DNA of 63,184 nucleotides, the filler included, from Globobulimina sp. (lineage: Eukaryota), in assembly GCA_003354225.1 (NCBI GenBank). It is 21 parts of 21 records of this genome, joined end to end, with 100 filler letters (N's around TTAATTAATTAA, not from the genome) between each part and the next. Parts side by side here need not be neighbours in the genome. Positions count along the whole stretch, not along the records: positions 36,184 to 39,096 come from PIVH01004387.1; positions 39,197 to 42,108 come from PIVH01004388.1; positions 42,209 to 45,119 come from PIVH01004389.1; positions 45,220 to 48,130 come from PIVH01004390.1; positions 48,231 to 51,141 come from PIVH01004391.1; 16 more parts are not named here. One strand, given 5' to 3'. The notes under the pieces were generated by a model that was not told where the DNA came from, searched no databases, and was given only the letters and a program-made list of their open reading frames with translations. Shown in pieces: positions 37,078-48,342 of the stretch; position 1 is the first letter of the stretch; each line of letters starts with the position of its first letter. Both the position numbers and the translations under genes were made by a program.

Positions 37078-39096
37078 ATGCAACCTTCTAATGCAGCTAA
37101 ACGAAGAGAGGAAGCAACACGAAGAAGTATCATTGCTGTTCATCAGGGATTAGCAAATATTTACAATCACCGACTTTTTCAATTCGTTCGGCCTGAATTT
37201 TGCATCAAACTTGAAGTATATTTTGTATATATATCATATATCTTATATTTTGTGTCTAAATAGAATTCAATACAGACAAACACCGAAAAATATGGTAAAA
37301 TGGAATATTATGTACAATTATTGGGGTATTATCACGGAACATTGCCAGGAATAGTAATTTATAATAAATTTGAAGATTTTTTGTCGATGATTTACAGACA
37401 ACAAACCATTGACAATTTAGCAGCAGCAAAAAAAGCAACATATGTATGTAATGTAAATGTTTCATAAATTTATATATAACGTTATACAAATACCATACCA
37501 CACATATTAAGATCGTATTTTTGGGTAAAAATCATAAAACAAATTTGAATGATCCATTAAATGGCATCGGATCTATAACGGATAAAAGTAATCGCGATCG
37601 GCGAGATAAAGAAAAGAATAATTCGCCATATTATTCGCCACAAAGCAGAGTCTCAGCAACACATTGGAATATGATCAAAGATTCCAATATTTGTGCACAA
37701 AATGCAATGAATCCCAAGTTACCGATGATACCATGTTTTACGCCACGATTAGAAAAATTAAATGATCCGCAAAGGGCATTACATTCATTGATTTGGATCA
37801 CATATTGTTTACATTATCTATTCATTGATTATAACAAAGAAACAAATAACAAATATCAGCGAATAGACATAGAAAAATTAAAGAGCGAATACGCGAGCCA
37901 TAAACCTAAAAAAAATAAACATTTTATATCGCCATTAACAAATAATAACAATGGCAGTTGGAAATACATCGATCGATACAGATTTGTGATGAGTGAGATT
38001 GGTGGATATAAATTAGAAAGAAAGCAAAGAGAAATTTTTGTGAGTTATCCATATGAATTGGATGAGATAAATGTAAATCATTTAAGTTTGCGGCCATGGA
38101 TCAATACGCTGCCGTACATATTTAACACAATGAAGAATACAGGCGATGGACTGCGATATTTTAACAAGAAATTGTCGGAAGCAAAGGAAAAGATAAAATT
38201 ACGTAAAATTTCAGAAGATGGCTATTTAAAAGACCCCGCCGGCATTGATTATATCACTGCAATTAAAGGCATTGTTGGTTGTTATATGAAGATTGCAATT
38301 ATAAATAATAAATATTATACATTAGCAATTAATGATTATTTAAATGACGCATTGTTTAAAGATATAAGAGATACATTGAAATGCAGGGATTTAAAGTTAA
38401 AATGTTTGTTATTTAGTTATAATTTTGAAGCATATTTATTAGAATTAAAAAAAGAGAAATTTTATGATGAGAAGAAATTACATCGTATTGATTCAACCTT
38501 GTCATGGAATGTAACATTTTGTTATTTTAAGTTATATGGCCATAAACACGACAAAACTATCGATTCCATTAAGAAATGTATACAAAATCATTGTTATATT
38601 TTATATTGTTTAATAAATATTTGTGCCAATAATTGTAAAAATGTAAGGAATCGAAGAGATTTAAATCGACATTTAACATATTATTACGAATATGGACAAT
38701 TTTGGTTGTCTCAGAATGATATTTATAAATTTATAATTAATGATATTTTATATTATTATTTAGATTGTAAATCACGTCCAATTCAAGCGTTTCTATCTTG
38801 TAAAAATCGGCCATTTACAATGAGTCAAACGCCAATATTAAATAATCCGAAATGTATAAATACAAATTGTAAAACAAAAAATGAGAATAATGGGGATTTA
38901 ATGCAATGTAAAATATGTTTGACTGCATTTTTTTGTTCTGATAAATGTAAAGATATTTGTCTGAAAGACAAGAAGCATTCGATTGAATGTGAAATGATAA
39001 AAAAAAGCAGACGTATTTATAAACATTATAAGGAGACAATATTTAAATATATTTTGGAGGAAAGTAAAAAAGATGAAAAAAGCAATCATAATGACG
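37078..39096 (+). CDS. MYND zinc-finger protein, 3' partial; introns 37216-37263 and 37444-37511
   Basis: CINTNC...CKIC...FCSDKC...H...C; two phase-0 introns link ATG 37078 to ORF 37521. Confidence 0.75.
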
Positions 39097-39308
39097 NNNN
39101 NNNNNNNNNNNNNNNNNNNNNNNNNNNNNNNNNNNNNNNNTTAATTAATTAANNNNNNNNNNNNNNNNNNNNNNNNNNNNNNNNNNNNNNNNNNNNAAAA
39201 AAAAAGAATAATTAAAAAATCAATATTATTTAGATATATAATAGAAATAAGTAATAAAAATAAAAAAAAAAATAATAAAAAAAAATAAATTAATTAAAAA
39301 TTACAGAT

Positions 39309-40883
39309 TTATCCTAGAACATTTTCTTCCGTATCAAAGTTTGTATCGTTTTCCATTTTATTCGCTTCATTGACCACAGTTCTATAATTTTCACAATTTC
39401 TGCAGGAAATAAACGGCAAACACAACAACTGATACAATGCTTTGGTAAAACCAAACGACAAATACACGCACAATGCATTCACCGTCGAGTCAATGGCCGA
39501 CGACACCGTCGGATACAATGTCCAAAGCCCAAAACCTAAGCCAAATGTAGTAAACGCGCACCACGCCGACAATATGCTCAATTTCAACATAATGGGTAAA
39601 AATTTATGCACAATGTCTGGCTTCTTTTTTTGCATTTTGCTTTTCTCATTTTTCAGTTTCAACGCCGCACTCCAACTGTTGCTCCGTTTGATTTTCTTTT
39701 TAATTTTGCTCGAAGTATTATCCAACTTCAACTTGAATGAAATCAACATTTTATTAGAACAGGACTGCGCCTCTTTGCGCTGCGGGTCATACGCCACAAT
39801 ACGCGGCGCATTTTGATACTCATATTGCATTAACGTATATTCCTCGTCATCGACCAGCTCCATACCAGAAACACTTGTGGTTAGGAACGAACTTTCCTCA
39901 TTTTCCTCCAACTGCTCTCCGTGACCGTGAGACTGATTCGAGCCATCCGGTGCAATATTTAATGCACTCGCAGTAATATCACATTTTTGCATGATTGCGG
40001 CTGGTGTGGCTGAGGCAGATCTGGAGAATTCTGATTCTATTTCATTCAAAGTGGGCAGTACAGTCGGCAAGGAAGTTGCGTTGGATATGATATTAATTTG
40101 CTGTTCGCCCTGACACTGTGCACTGTGCTTCCGCTTTAATTCAATTTGTTGCAACATTTCGTCAGTTTCTTTTCGTTCCAATTTAGATTGTTTACGCATT
40201 AGAAGAGTGATTTTACGGAGTCGTAGATAGAATAATAGTAAACACGTAAAACTCCAAATGGCATCGCAGGTGGCTCCGGTCCAGATGGTGATGCTCGAAT
40301 AGTTGGAGGCTTCGAATTTGTCACAGTCGGAAGGCGAAGTTATTGGTCCTACGGCGGAGAAATCAATGTACAAAAATACCATATAAAAGGCACCGATCAC
40401 ACACCTTTTGTTAATATGATGGATTATCATGGATATATGAGAGATGTTTATGTTTATGGTGGTACTAAACATGAGGAGAAAGAAGCAAATTGCCATGGAA
40501 CCGATTATTTTAACGGGATAGGCTAAGAATGAACCTCTGAATGCTACGTGAACCAATGACATGAAATAGAAATACATTGCAAGTTTACCCATCATAAAAA
40601 ATACAATGTTGAATGTTTGCATTTGGCAAATTAGAGTAGAATAAGGAATGTGCATTGATGGGATGTAATATAATGATTGAATTAAATACAATACAAATGA
40701 GATAATTACAAAAGTTGTATATCCAAATAACGATACAAACGCACATTTCTTAACCAATGAGTCTACGGACTTTCCTCGCCTTTTTTGATTCACTCCATAT
40801 ACAAAATGGATAAATGATGATAATAACAGTATTGCACAAACACCAGTTGTGATGGTGAATGCTAATGTTAACGAACGGCCCAT
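39309..40883 (-). CDS. 7TM GPCR-like protein with long third intracellular loop; in-frame intron 40405-40470
   Basis: Five TM, long loop, two TM; IDSTVNALCVYLSF...Y..LC; Cys in TM3 and ECL2. Confidence 0.75.
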   Translation of the reverse strand: MGRSLTLAFTITTGVCAILLLSSFIHFVYGVNQKRRGKSVDSLVKKCAFVSLFGYTTFVIISFVLYLIQSLYYIPSMHIPYSTLICQMQTFNIVFFMMGKLAMYFYFMSLVHVAFRGSFLAYPVKIIGSMAICFFLLMFSTTININISHISMIIHHINKRCVIGAFYMVFLYIDFSAVGPITSPSDCDKFEASNYSSITIWTGATCDAIWSFTCLLLFYLRLRKITLLMRKQSKLERKETDEMLQQIELKRKHSAQCQGEQQINIISNATSLPTVLPTLNEIESEFSRSASATPAAIMQKCDITASALNIAPDGSNQSHGHGEQLEENEESSFLTTSVSGMELVDDEEYTLMQYEYQNAPRIVAYDPQRKEAQSCSNKMLISFKLKLDNTSSKIKKKIKRSNSWSAALKLKNEKSKMQKKKPDIVHKFLPIMLKLSILSAWCAFTTFGLGFGLWTLYPTVSSAIDSTVNALCVYLSFGFTKALYQLLCLPFISCRNCENYRTVVNEANKMENDTNFDTEENVLG

Positions 40884-40929
40884 GGTATTAATTAAGTAGC
40901 TTTGGGACAGAAAACGTTTAAACGCAATC

Positions 40930-41967
40930 ATGATGGCTCAGAATCTAAGGTCACGACATCCGCCTGTCTTTGAATCTAATATTGACGACATCAAACCTGA
41001 GGATATAAGCTGTCTAAAGCAACTGGCAAAATATATGGTACAATTTAGTGTGTTGGGTTTAATCAGTATCATCATATTTTATTCAGTTCGATTAACTTAC
41101 ATGAATTTCTTTGGCTCAAACTTTGGACGCAATAAACTGATGCAACACACTTCCAGTGGAGATTTAGATGATTTGGGCGTGTTTTGGAACCAACCCGTTA
41201 TTTCATTGGATTTAATACCAAATAATATATTTACAACCTCAACAACAGACGAATGCTCTGCGATGAATAAAGAATGGAATATACATACTTTTACACGGCA
41301 AGAAGCAATAAACATTGTTAAGGAAGAATTACAATTAACAGACATTGCATTATCCAAAGTAAAGGATAAAATGGATTTATTCAAATATGTAATAATGAAT
41401 AAATATGGTGGTTTTTATATTGACTCAGGTGCGGAATGTCGAGATAGCATCGACGAATGGATACAATTTTATTACCCAACAAAACATATACATTATAATA
41501 ATTATATATTAACATATCAGTTATTGGATGATGAGGAAATGAATAAATATTTAGATTTGGATATGATTATTGCATTTGAGTCGAGTATGCCTTTTGCATT
41601 TGCAAATTGGGCATTTTTTACGAAACCAAATAATCGAATTTTGCATTTTATAATTGATTCGTATATGGATTATATTGATGAGCATAAAAATAAAGATATG
41701 TATGTTGGACCACATATTTTTACTGAAGCAATTGTCGGATTTGTGGATGCATTCACTAACGATAGAGATCAAGCGTTAACATTTCATAAGTTTGAAGATG
41801 GCAAAGCACACATTATTACATTGTATATGGATGATAAAAGCAATGAAATGGGAAAGAATCAACAAAATGAGGATATAATAAGCATACTGGTTGTACCAGT
41901 GCCTGATTTATGGAAGATTGCAAAACAAAGACGGCGATCCAAAATCAATATCCCTGTTAAATCATAA
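40930..41967 (+). CDS. GT32/OCH1-like glycosyltransferase (type II membrane)
   Basis: IPNNI, KMDLFKY...YGGFYIDSG, FANWAF...P, GPHIFT. Confidence 0.8.
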   Translation: MMAQNLRSRHPPVFESNIDDIKPEDISCLKQLAKYMVQFSVLGLISIIIFYSVRLTYMNFFGSNFGRNKLMQHTSSGDLDDLGVFWNQPVISLDLIPNNIFTTSTTDECSAMNKEWNIHTFTRQEAINIVKEELQLTDIALSKVKDKMDLFKYVIMNKYGGFYIDSGAECRDSIDEWIQFYYPTKHIHYNNYILTYQLLDDEEMNKYLDLDMIIAFESSMPFAFANWAFFTKPNNRILHFIIDSYMDYIDEHKNKDMYVGPHIFTEAIVGFVDAFTNDRDQALTFHKFEDGKAHIITLYMDDKSNEMGKNQQNEDIISILVVPVPDLWKIAKQRRRSKINIPVKS

Positions 41968-42208
41968 TTTGATATACCAATCAGTCAAATCGTTCTTAAT
42001 TTAATTTAACTATATAACATCCGCGGATTGCTCGTTTATGTGAAGTGCTTAAAAAAATGCGACAAGTGATAAACAAAAAACACTATTAATTTGTATTAAC
42101 AATACGCANNNNNNNNNNNNNNNNNNNNNNNNNNNNNNNNNNNNNNNNNNNNTTAATTAATTAANNNNNNNNNNNNNNNNNNNNNNNNNNNNNNNNNNNN
42201 NNNNNNNN

Positions 42209-43010
42209 CCAAATCGGGACAAAATTGGAGAAGGTATGCGGGCGATGGCCGCGAATAATAAATGCAAAATGTGTAAATTACACTGGAATTTATTTAAAAT
42301 ACAATTGCGAAATGACCACACATTGTTATCTGTATTCCAAAGGACTGCCGGGACCAATTTCAGTACCAGACAAAGAATGGCCTGTTTTTTTATGTATTTA
42401 GCCACAAGTTAAGCATTCTATATTTTATATACTGCATATTCACCTTATTTCATATGTATCGATGATTAGTCATCGTAGACTCCGCAGCATTTTACGGCGT
42501 CAAACAACAAGCGATGGGTGATATTACTGCCTCTTTCATGATGTCGCTTCTGTCCACAGCACCGGTGCTTTTAGTAAAGCAGTTATTTTTAAATAGCAAA
42601 CCCACAGTGATCGCATCCACCGCCGTCGAAGAATTCGAAGATGATGGAATTGAGGAGAATGAGTCTGACGGTGGTGATGTGCAAGAATTCGCTGCTCTGA
42701 CCACCACAACGCGTGGCGAGAAAATCGGGCAATTGAAAATGAGCAAAACCATGATCAATACCTTGGATATCGTAGAAAAGCAAAAGATGAACACAACCAT
42801 TCGAGCAGTAAACACGGCGTTGCTCAAAGCGCAGAAAAACAAATCGCGCACTCATCGAATCGCATTGGTGGAGAGTGTGCGCGCCGTGATATTCAACCAA
42901 ATCTATCCATTGCCGAGATGGTGCAAAAAAGCAGCATGGCTTATATTGATAATCTGGGCGGTCGGCTACGGCATCCAGTTCGATTTACGCTATGCCGAAA
43001 GGGAGAATTG
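42209..43010 (+). CDS. Polycystin-1-like membrane region, fragment; intron 42408-42469
   Basis: NDHTLLSVFQRTAGTNFSTRQRMACFF..|..FYG and LPRWC...W...YGIQFD match the TM segments that follow the PLAT domain in PKD1-family proteins. Confidence 0.7.
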
Positions 43011-43215
43011 GTTAGGGAAATGTTTTTATGATATGATTTTCAAATATCGCAATCGCCATACTTTTTTAAACCACATTTTTAAATTTGTTCAATTTTTTGT
43101 TATATTTAATTTTGTGTTGTTTGTAAAATATTTGTGTAGATTTTTTTTGTTTGTTATAATTTTTTGCTTTCTTGTGTCATAATTTTTTGGTTTGTTTTAA
43201 TTTGAAATTGGATTA

Positions 43216-44349
43216 GGGGTCTCCGATATGTACTGAATTTTCATTCAGTTTGACAGAGTTTTTCATTTTTTATAACAATCCTGTCGAACAGGTCTTCGGT
43301 TGCTATGCCTCATTCTCATTCAATAATAAATGATTGAAATGAATCCGTTTATCGAGAATGATGAAGCAAATGAAGCTAAAACTGATACACGCCATGCTCC
43401 ACAATGCTTTGCAATGCTTCGTTAAATACCTGTTCCCCATTCAACGAAGTGTAAAATTTAAAAACAGTAAAACGCGAAATATTGAATGAATATAATGCAT
43501 TTAACATTAATGATAAAAGCGTATAATGCATTTAAATTATGTCCATCAAATGACATTAAATGTATTGAACAATTCAATTCTAAATTTATGAAAGCTGAGG
43601 AATTTGACGCATTTCAAGCACGAAGAAAATTGTTTATTTTGGAAAAAAACTAAATATAATTATGAAGAATTTGGCATTTCATAAAGTATCTAAATTATTT
43701 ATGAAAAATGAAAGCGAGAAAGAATATGGATCAAGAAAAATTTTGGCATTTGTTTTTGTTAAATCCGGAGATATTTGTGGAGAATCCTGACACAACCAAT
43801 GTTGTAACTAATTGGAGAGCTCACATGACGGAGATGGTCGGCAAATGGTTGGATATGGAGTTGGTGAATGGGGATGAAACAGGATATGAATGGTTATTGG
43901 ATTCCATTGATGAATATTTAAGTGGGACGAGTACATTGAAAGAAATGCATTAAAGTCAGAGGTTTGAGAGGTTGAGAGGTTGAGAGGTTCGGAGGTTTGA
44001 GGCGTTGAGAGGTTCGGAAGTTGAATTATTAATGAAACAAGGATCCAATTCTACGATACTTTTACCCACCAACTTCTGAACATCCCAACATCTCAACGCA
44101 TAAACGTCTGAACCTCTCAACGTCTCAACCTCTGACTTAAATGCATTCCTTCCATTTATTGCAGAGCAAACAGAAAAATATGTAAAATGTAGATAAATAA
44201 ATGAATACAAATAACTTTTGCTGCTCTCTTGGACATGCTTGCAAAGGGGTTTACCATCTTTGGCAAAAAGAGGAAAGCTGTCGAACTGATTAAAAAGTAA
44301 AGAGGTGTTTGACAGAGTTTTTTAAAATTCAGTACATATCGGAGACCCC
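43216..44349. mobile_element. Non-autonomous DNA transposon, 1134 bp, with perfect 26-bp TIRs flanked by TA
   Basis: GGGGTCTCCGATATGTACTGAATTTT at 43216-43241 and its exact reverse complement at 44324-44349; TA on both sides; no transposase seen. Confidence 0.88.
43944..44147. repeat. Imperfect inverted repeat with about 80-nt arms built from TGAGAGGT-like units
   Basis: AATGCATTAAAGTCAGAGG..CGGAAGTTG pairs with CAACTTCTG..CCTCTGACTTAAATGCATT; loop about 46 nt. Confidence 0.85.
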
Positions 44350-44684
44350 TATTGAGAAATCGCCTGTTGTTTTTGAGATTGCTTTTAAACTAAGATAGCA
44401 TATGCATATGTTACATAGATGTTTCGTATAGAAACTGCTATCGTAGTTTAAAAATCCAATCTCGGCCAGAAGAGATTGAAAAAGTAACATGCTTTTAAAT
44501 GTTTAAGCTCCGAACTTAGTTGGATCTAGTCAATTCATAAAATCCTATTTTCCATCTAAACTAAAATTAGTTTAGTTATCTTCGGATTAGTTAGCGTTTC
44601 AGGTCACACAAACAGAAATTTCTAGAAATTTAATTACTTTACTTCTCCAACTGTTGTTATCAGAATTTCTCCAAGTATCTGAAT

Positions 44685-45119
44685 ATGGGTTGTGTTAATG
44701 AGACATTTCCACAAAACGATGAAACAGAATTGCAGTCCACAGAGAATAAACAAAATAAAACTACTCTTACCGTAGGCGGACAAGACCATATCGGTTCTGA
44801 TGATAATGACTCAAAAGCAATTGATGATGATACACCAATTGGAATTAATATAAATTTATTCAAACAAATCCTGATGGAGAATCATCAACAACAACAACAA
44901 GCAAATCCTAATAAAAGTAGCAAAACAGCCAAACCAAGCATTGATTTTAATTTCTTTTTAAACACAGAAATGAATGATATCGATGGTAGTAACAAATGTA
45001 AATGCAAAACAATCAATGAATGTAAATCAATCCAACGGGTTATCAAAGGATTAATATATTACCAAACATTGAATAACACAAAAAAAGAGAATAGCAGTGG
45101 CCAGGCCATATTTAGTGAG
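44685..45119 (+). CDS. Hypothetical protein, 3' partial
   Basis: ATG ORF (MGC start) running into the spacer; C..I.EC.SI.R...L.YY motif. Confidence 0.6.
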
Positions 45120-45219
45120 NNNNNNNNNNNNNNNNNNNNNNNNNNNNNNNNNNNNNNNNNNNNTTAATTAATTAANNNNNNNNNNNNNNNNNNNNNNNNN
45201 NNNNNNNNNNNNNNNNNNN

Positions 45220-46379
45220 GCAATGCTCCAATATCAAAACGGATAGAAACAATATCAGAGTCACAAGCTACTACTAATCTGGATAATAATTGTGAATATA
45301 AATGCAAGTATCATTCGCAAACAGAATTTGATAAAATTGCTATTTCCCCAACATGGCATAGCTTAATCATTGATGGTTTTTTTCGACAAAATTGTTCATC
45401 CTTTTATATTATTCCAAATGATGTGTCAACAACGTGTCAAAATATGGTTTGGGGTCTAAACTATTACTCCATCATTGTAAATAGAAATGATTTAAAAACC
45501 ATCACATCCCCGAAACCAATGAATAATGTTTCTAATTATGATAAAAACACAAATAATGGAGACACTCGAAGAGATGCAAAAAAATATGATATGGAGACAT
45601 TATATCATAAACAAAGAGGAAAATTTAATTTATATGGATTACCATTTGAATATATTTTGAAATCTGATGGAACGAATTGCATCACATTTAATATTAAAAC
45701 ACATTTTAAATCTAGAATAACGGCACAAATATCTTTATTTTGTAAACAAACAAATGATTTAATTCGTTTTTCGACAAATGGAACATTGCGGATTGATATA
45801 AATAAATGTAAATCCTTTTCTGTATTACACTTTATTTGCAACGCAAATATATTTGAAATGCATCAAATTATATCACACACAAAATGCAGAATATGTTTTA
45901 ATGATTGCATACAAATTGAAGAAAACAGTAAATATAAATACAAATTGAATACAAATATATTATCATTGCGGAGTAAACAAATTATGAATAGATATTATTT
46001 GAAATCATTTGGTTTGTATAAAAATTGGGCATTATCAATATCTCATCGATATCAAAGTAAATTATTCGTAATTCAATTGGAAATACTTCAAATGCCGTAT
46101 GGATTTACAATGGATGTCTTATTTAAATACGAAATTACATCCAAAAATAAACATTTTTATGTCAAAGATAAGCAAATATTTTCATATTCGTTACCAAAAA
46201 AGATTGCTGGCAGTCAAACAAATGATATATTGGAAAATAGAGTTGTTTTTAAGAGTGAAACGTGTGCCATTTCTTTATCTCAAATGACAATATCTGTTGA
46301 TGTTACTATATTGCGTGTTGTCGGAATAAATGGAAAACATATTCCAAAATCAAAATGGGCTTCTCATAATATACAGTGA
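45220..46379 (+). CDS. Hypothetical protein, 5' partial, with beta-rich C-terminus
   Basis: Frame open from the contig start; LIIDGFFRQ..IIPND module. Confidence 0.6.
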
Positions 46380-46564
46380 TGATATATATAAACCTGTTTT
46401 TCATTTAATTTATGAAACATCTTTGGATAAGAATGTTAATTAAGTTGCGGCCAGTCAGCTGACTCAATTTTGCTTTTCTTGTGATCTTAACATGCAAAAT
46501 ATAAAAGAACATAATTAGTCATTAAATTACAAGCGTTTCCACAAAAGTTGAATTATTTTACAAT

Positions 46565-47794
46565 TTACATTGTTTGAATTATTTGATAAAGTTCCTCAAA
46601 ACTCCGACATAAATGGGATATATCCCATACCAACAACCCTTTATAAGTCACATATTCCACCCATTTAATTCCCTTTTTCTGCACACCATATTCATCCAAA
46701 TTAAACTCAATAATATCATTTAAACATTTACATCCAAGCAACACACCATTTCTCTCAAACATTTCCTCTTTATTTTGATTCCAATACAATCGGTTACAAA
46801 TTTGTGTTCCTATTTCAATATTTTTACCCATTGGTTTCCGCAAACTTTGCGCAGCATTTTCTGTCTTATTTGCCTTACATTGCTGCAGTACATATTGCGT
46901 CATATTTTTTATATGTTTAAATCTGTCCGAACTTAAATGTATTCCGCCGTACCACCGGGTTACCATCACAACAACATCGCAAATCTTCCGTTTCCTTAAT
47001 ATTTGCAAAATGACTTTGCCGCCGCCATGCTCGCCATCATCGTCATAATCTTCATTAAGAATACCCGCCGACAATGATGACAATCGATATGCGATCATAT
47101 TATGGGTAGCTTTTGCAATTTTTTTATTTGATTTTAACTTATCAATAAATGCTTTAATTTGATCGATATCTGTAACCGAAGCTGCGTATGATTTAAATAA
47201 AGATTTTCTATCTTCAATGAATTTATCACAAAATATAATATCTGGACACATTCTTAATTTATGTCTTTGTTCTTTGACTGGCAAACAACAGTACATATAT
47301 TTGGCATTCTTGCTGTTCTTTTCTGTGTCGTCTGATTCAAATATTATTGATGCAAATTCTTGAAATTCGGAGATCCATTCAAATACAATGCATTCTCCAC
47401 CATTTTCGTTGTATATTGTTTGCAATTTATGTTCCATTTGAATACGATTTGGTATTTGTTTTAAATATGACGATGAAATTGAATACGTTGGTGCTGATTT
47501 AGATGGATATTGTATGGGATATTGGATGTTTAATATGATTTGTTGCCATTTATTATCCTCGTTTGTAATTGTAAATTGATAGGAAATGTGTTGTTTGATG
47601 ACTGTAATTTCATTTGCATAAATATCTATAATTGATGCAAATTCAGTCTTTTGTTGTTCTAAATTATGCATCATCCACTCTTCTAATTTGCTCTCGTCAT
47701 TATTATCATTCTCTACTTTTCTATTTTTGTTGCGTGTCTTGGAGTGCTTTTGTTTTGCTTTCCATTTCACAGTGGCAGGTTTTCTTCGTGACAT
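46565..47794 (-). CDS. IMPACT: IMPACT family protein (RWD plus UPF0029) with extra MJ1316-like C-terminal domain
   Basis: RWD YPIQYP..P; DRKSLF, ATHNMIAYR, DDDGEHGGG, VTRWYGGIHL..DRFKHI. Confidence 0.9.
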   Translation of the reverse strand: MSRRKPATVKWKAKQKHSKTRNKNRKVENDNNDESKLEEWMMHNLEQQKTEFASIIDIYANEITVIKQHISYQFTITNEDNKWQQIILNIQYPIQYPSKSAPTYSISSSYLKQIPNRIQMEHKLQTIYNENGGECIVFEWISEFQEFASIIFESDDTEKNSKNAKYMYCCLPVKEQRHKLRMCPDIIFCDKFIEDRKSLFKSYAASVTDIDQIKAFIDKLKSNKKIAKATHNMIAYRLSSLSAGILNEDYDDDGEHGGGKVILQILRKRKICDVVVMVTRWYGGIHLSSDRFKHIKNMTQYVLQQCKANKTENAAQSLRKPMGKNIEIGTQICNRLYWNQNKEEMFERNGVLLGCKCLNDIIEFNLDEYGVQKKGIKWVEYVTYKGLLVWDISHLCRSFEELYQIIQTM

Positions 47795-48342
47795 TATTGG
47801 ATTTTGAGAGCATACCGAAACATGGCTTCTCAACACTCGTACGAATAGAAAACAAACAAGATTGCGTTTAAATATATGTTGTGGAACAATTATTATCCAA
47901 CTTAGTAGTAGCTTGTGACTCTGATATTGGAGTCTTGACCAATAATATGAGCCACACAAGTTAAATAGTCGGCTAAATAGTTGCCTAGGTTTCCTAAATA
48001 GTTGCCTAAATAGTTACCATTTTCCGTTTTTGTATTGAAATAGTTACTAAATAGTTGCTCATTTTCGTTTTTGTCACATACATCGCAACAAACATCCATT
48101 GGTTGATCTAATCTGCGTATTCTGAAATACNNNNNNNNNNNNNNNNNNNNNNNNNNNNNNNNNNNNNNNNNNNNTTAATTAATTAANNNNNNNNNNNNNN
48201 NNNNNNNNNNNNNNNNNNNNNNNNNNNNNNTACTATGGAGAAGGAGTAGACGAACATTTACTTAAGCTTTTTCTCTAACAAGTCACAAATGATTAAAAAA
48301 AGTTGATCATGAGCAAAATCAAGGTCAAATAGGAAAACTCTA

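Noticed and set aside
37264-37443. Resemblance of the MYND gene exon 2 (YVQLLG...GIVIY) to a bacterial DUF
   Set aside because: Similarity is too short to support without a profile search.
43708-43953. Fanzor/TnpB or transposase inside the TIR element
   Set aside because: No RuvC, zinc-finger or DDE motif is visible; the frames are short and broken.
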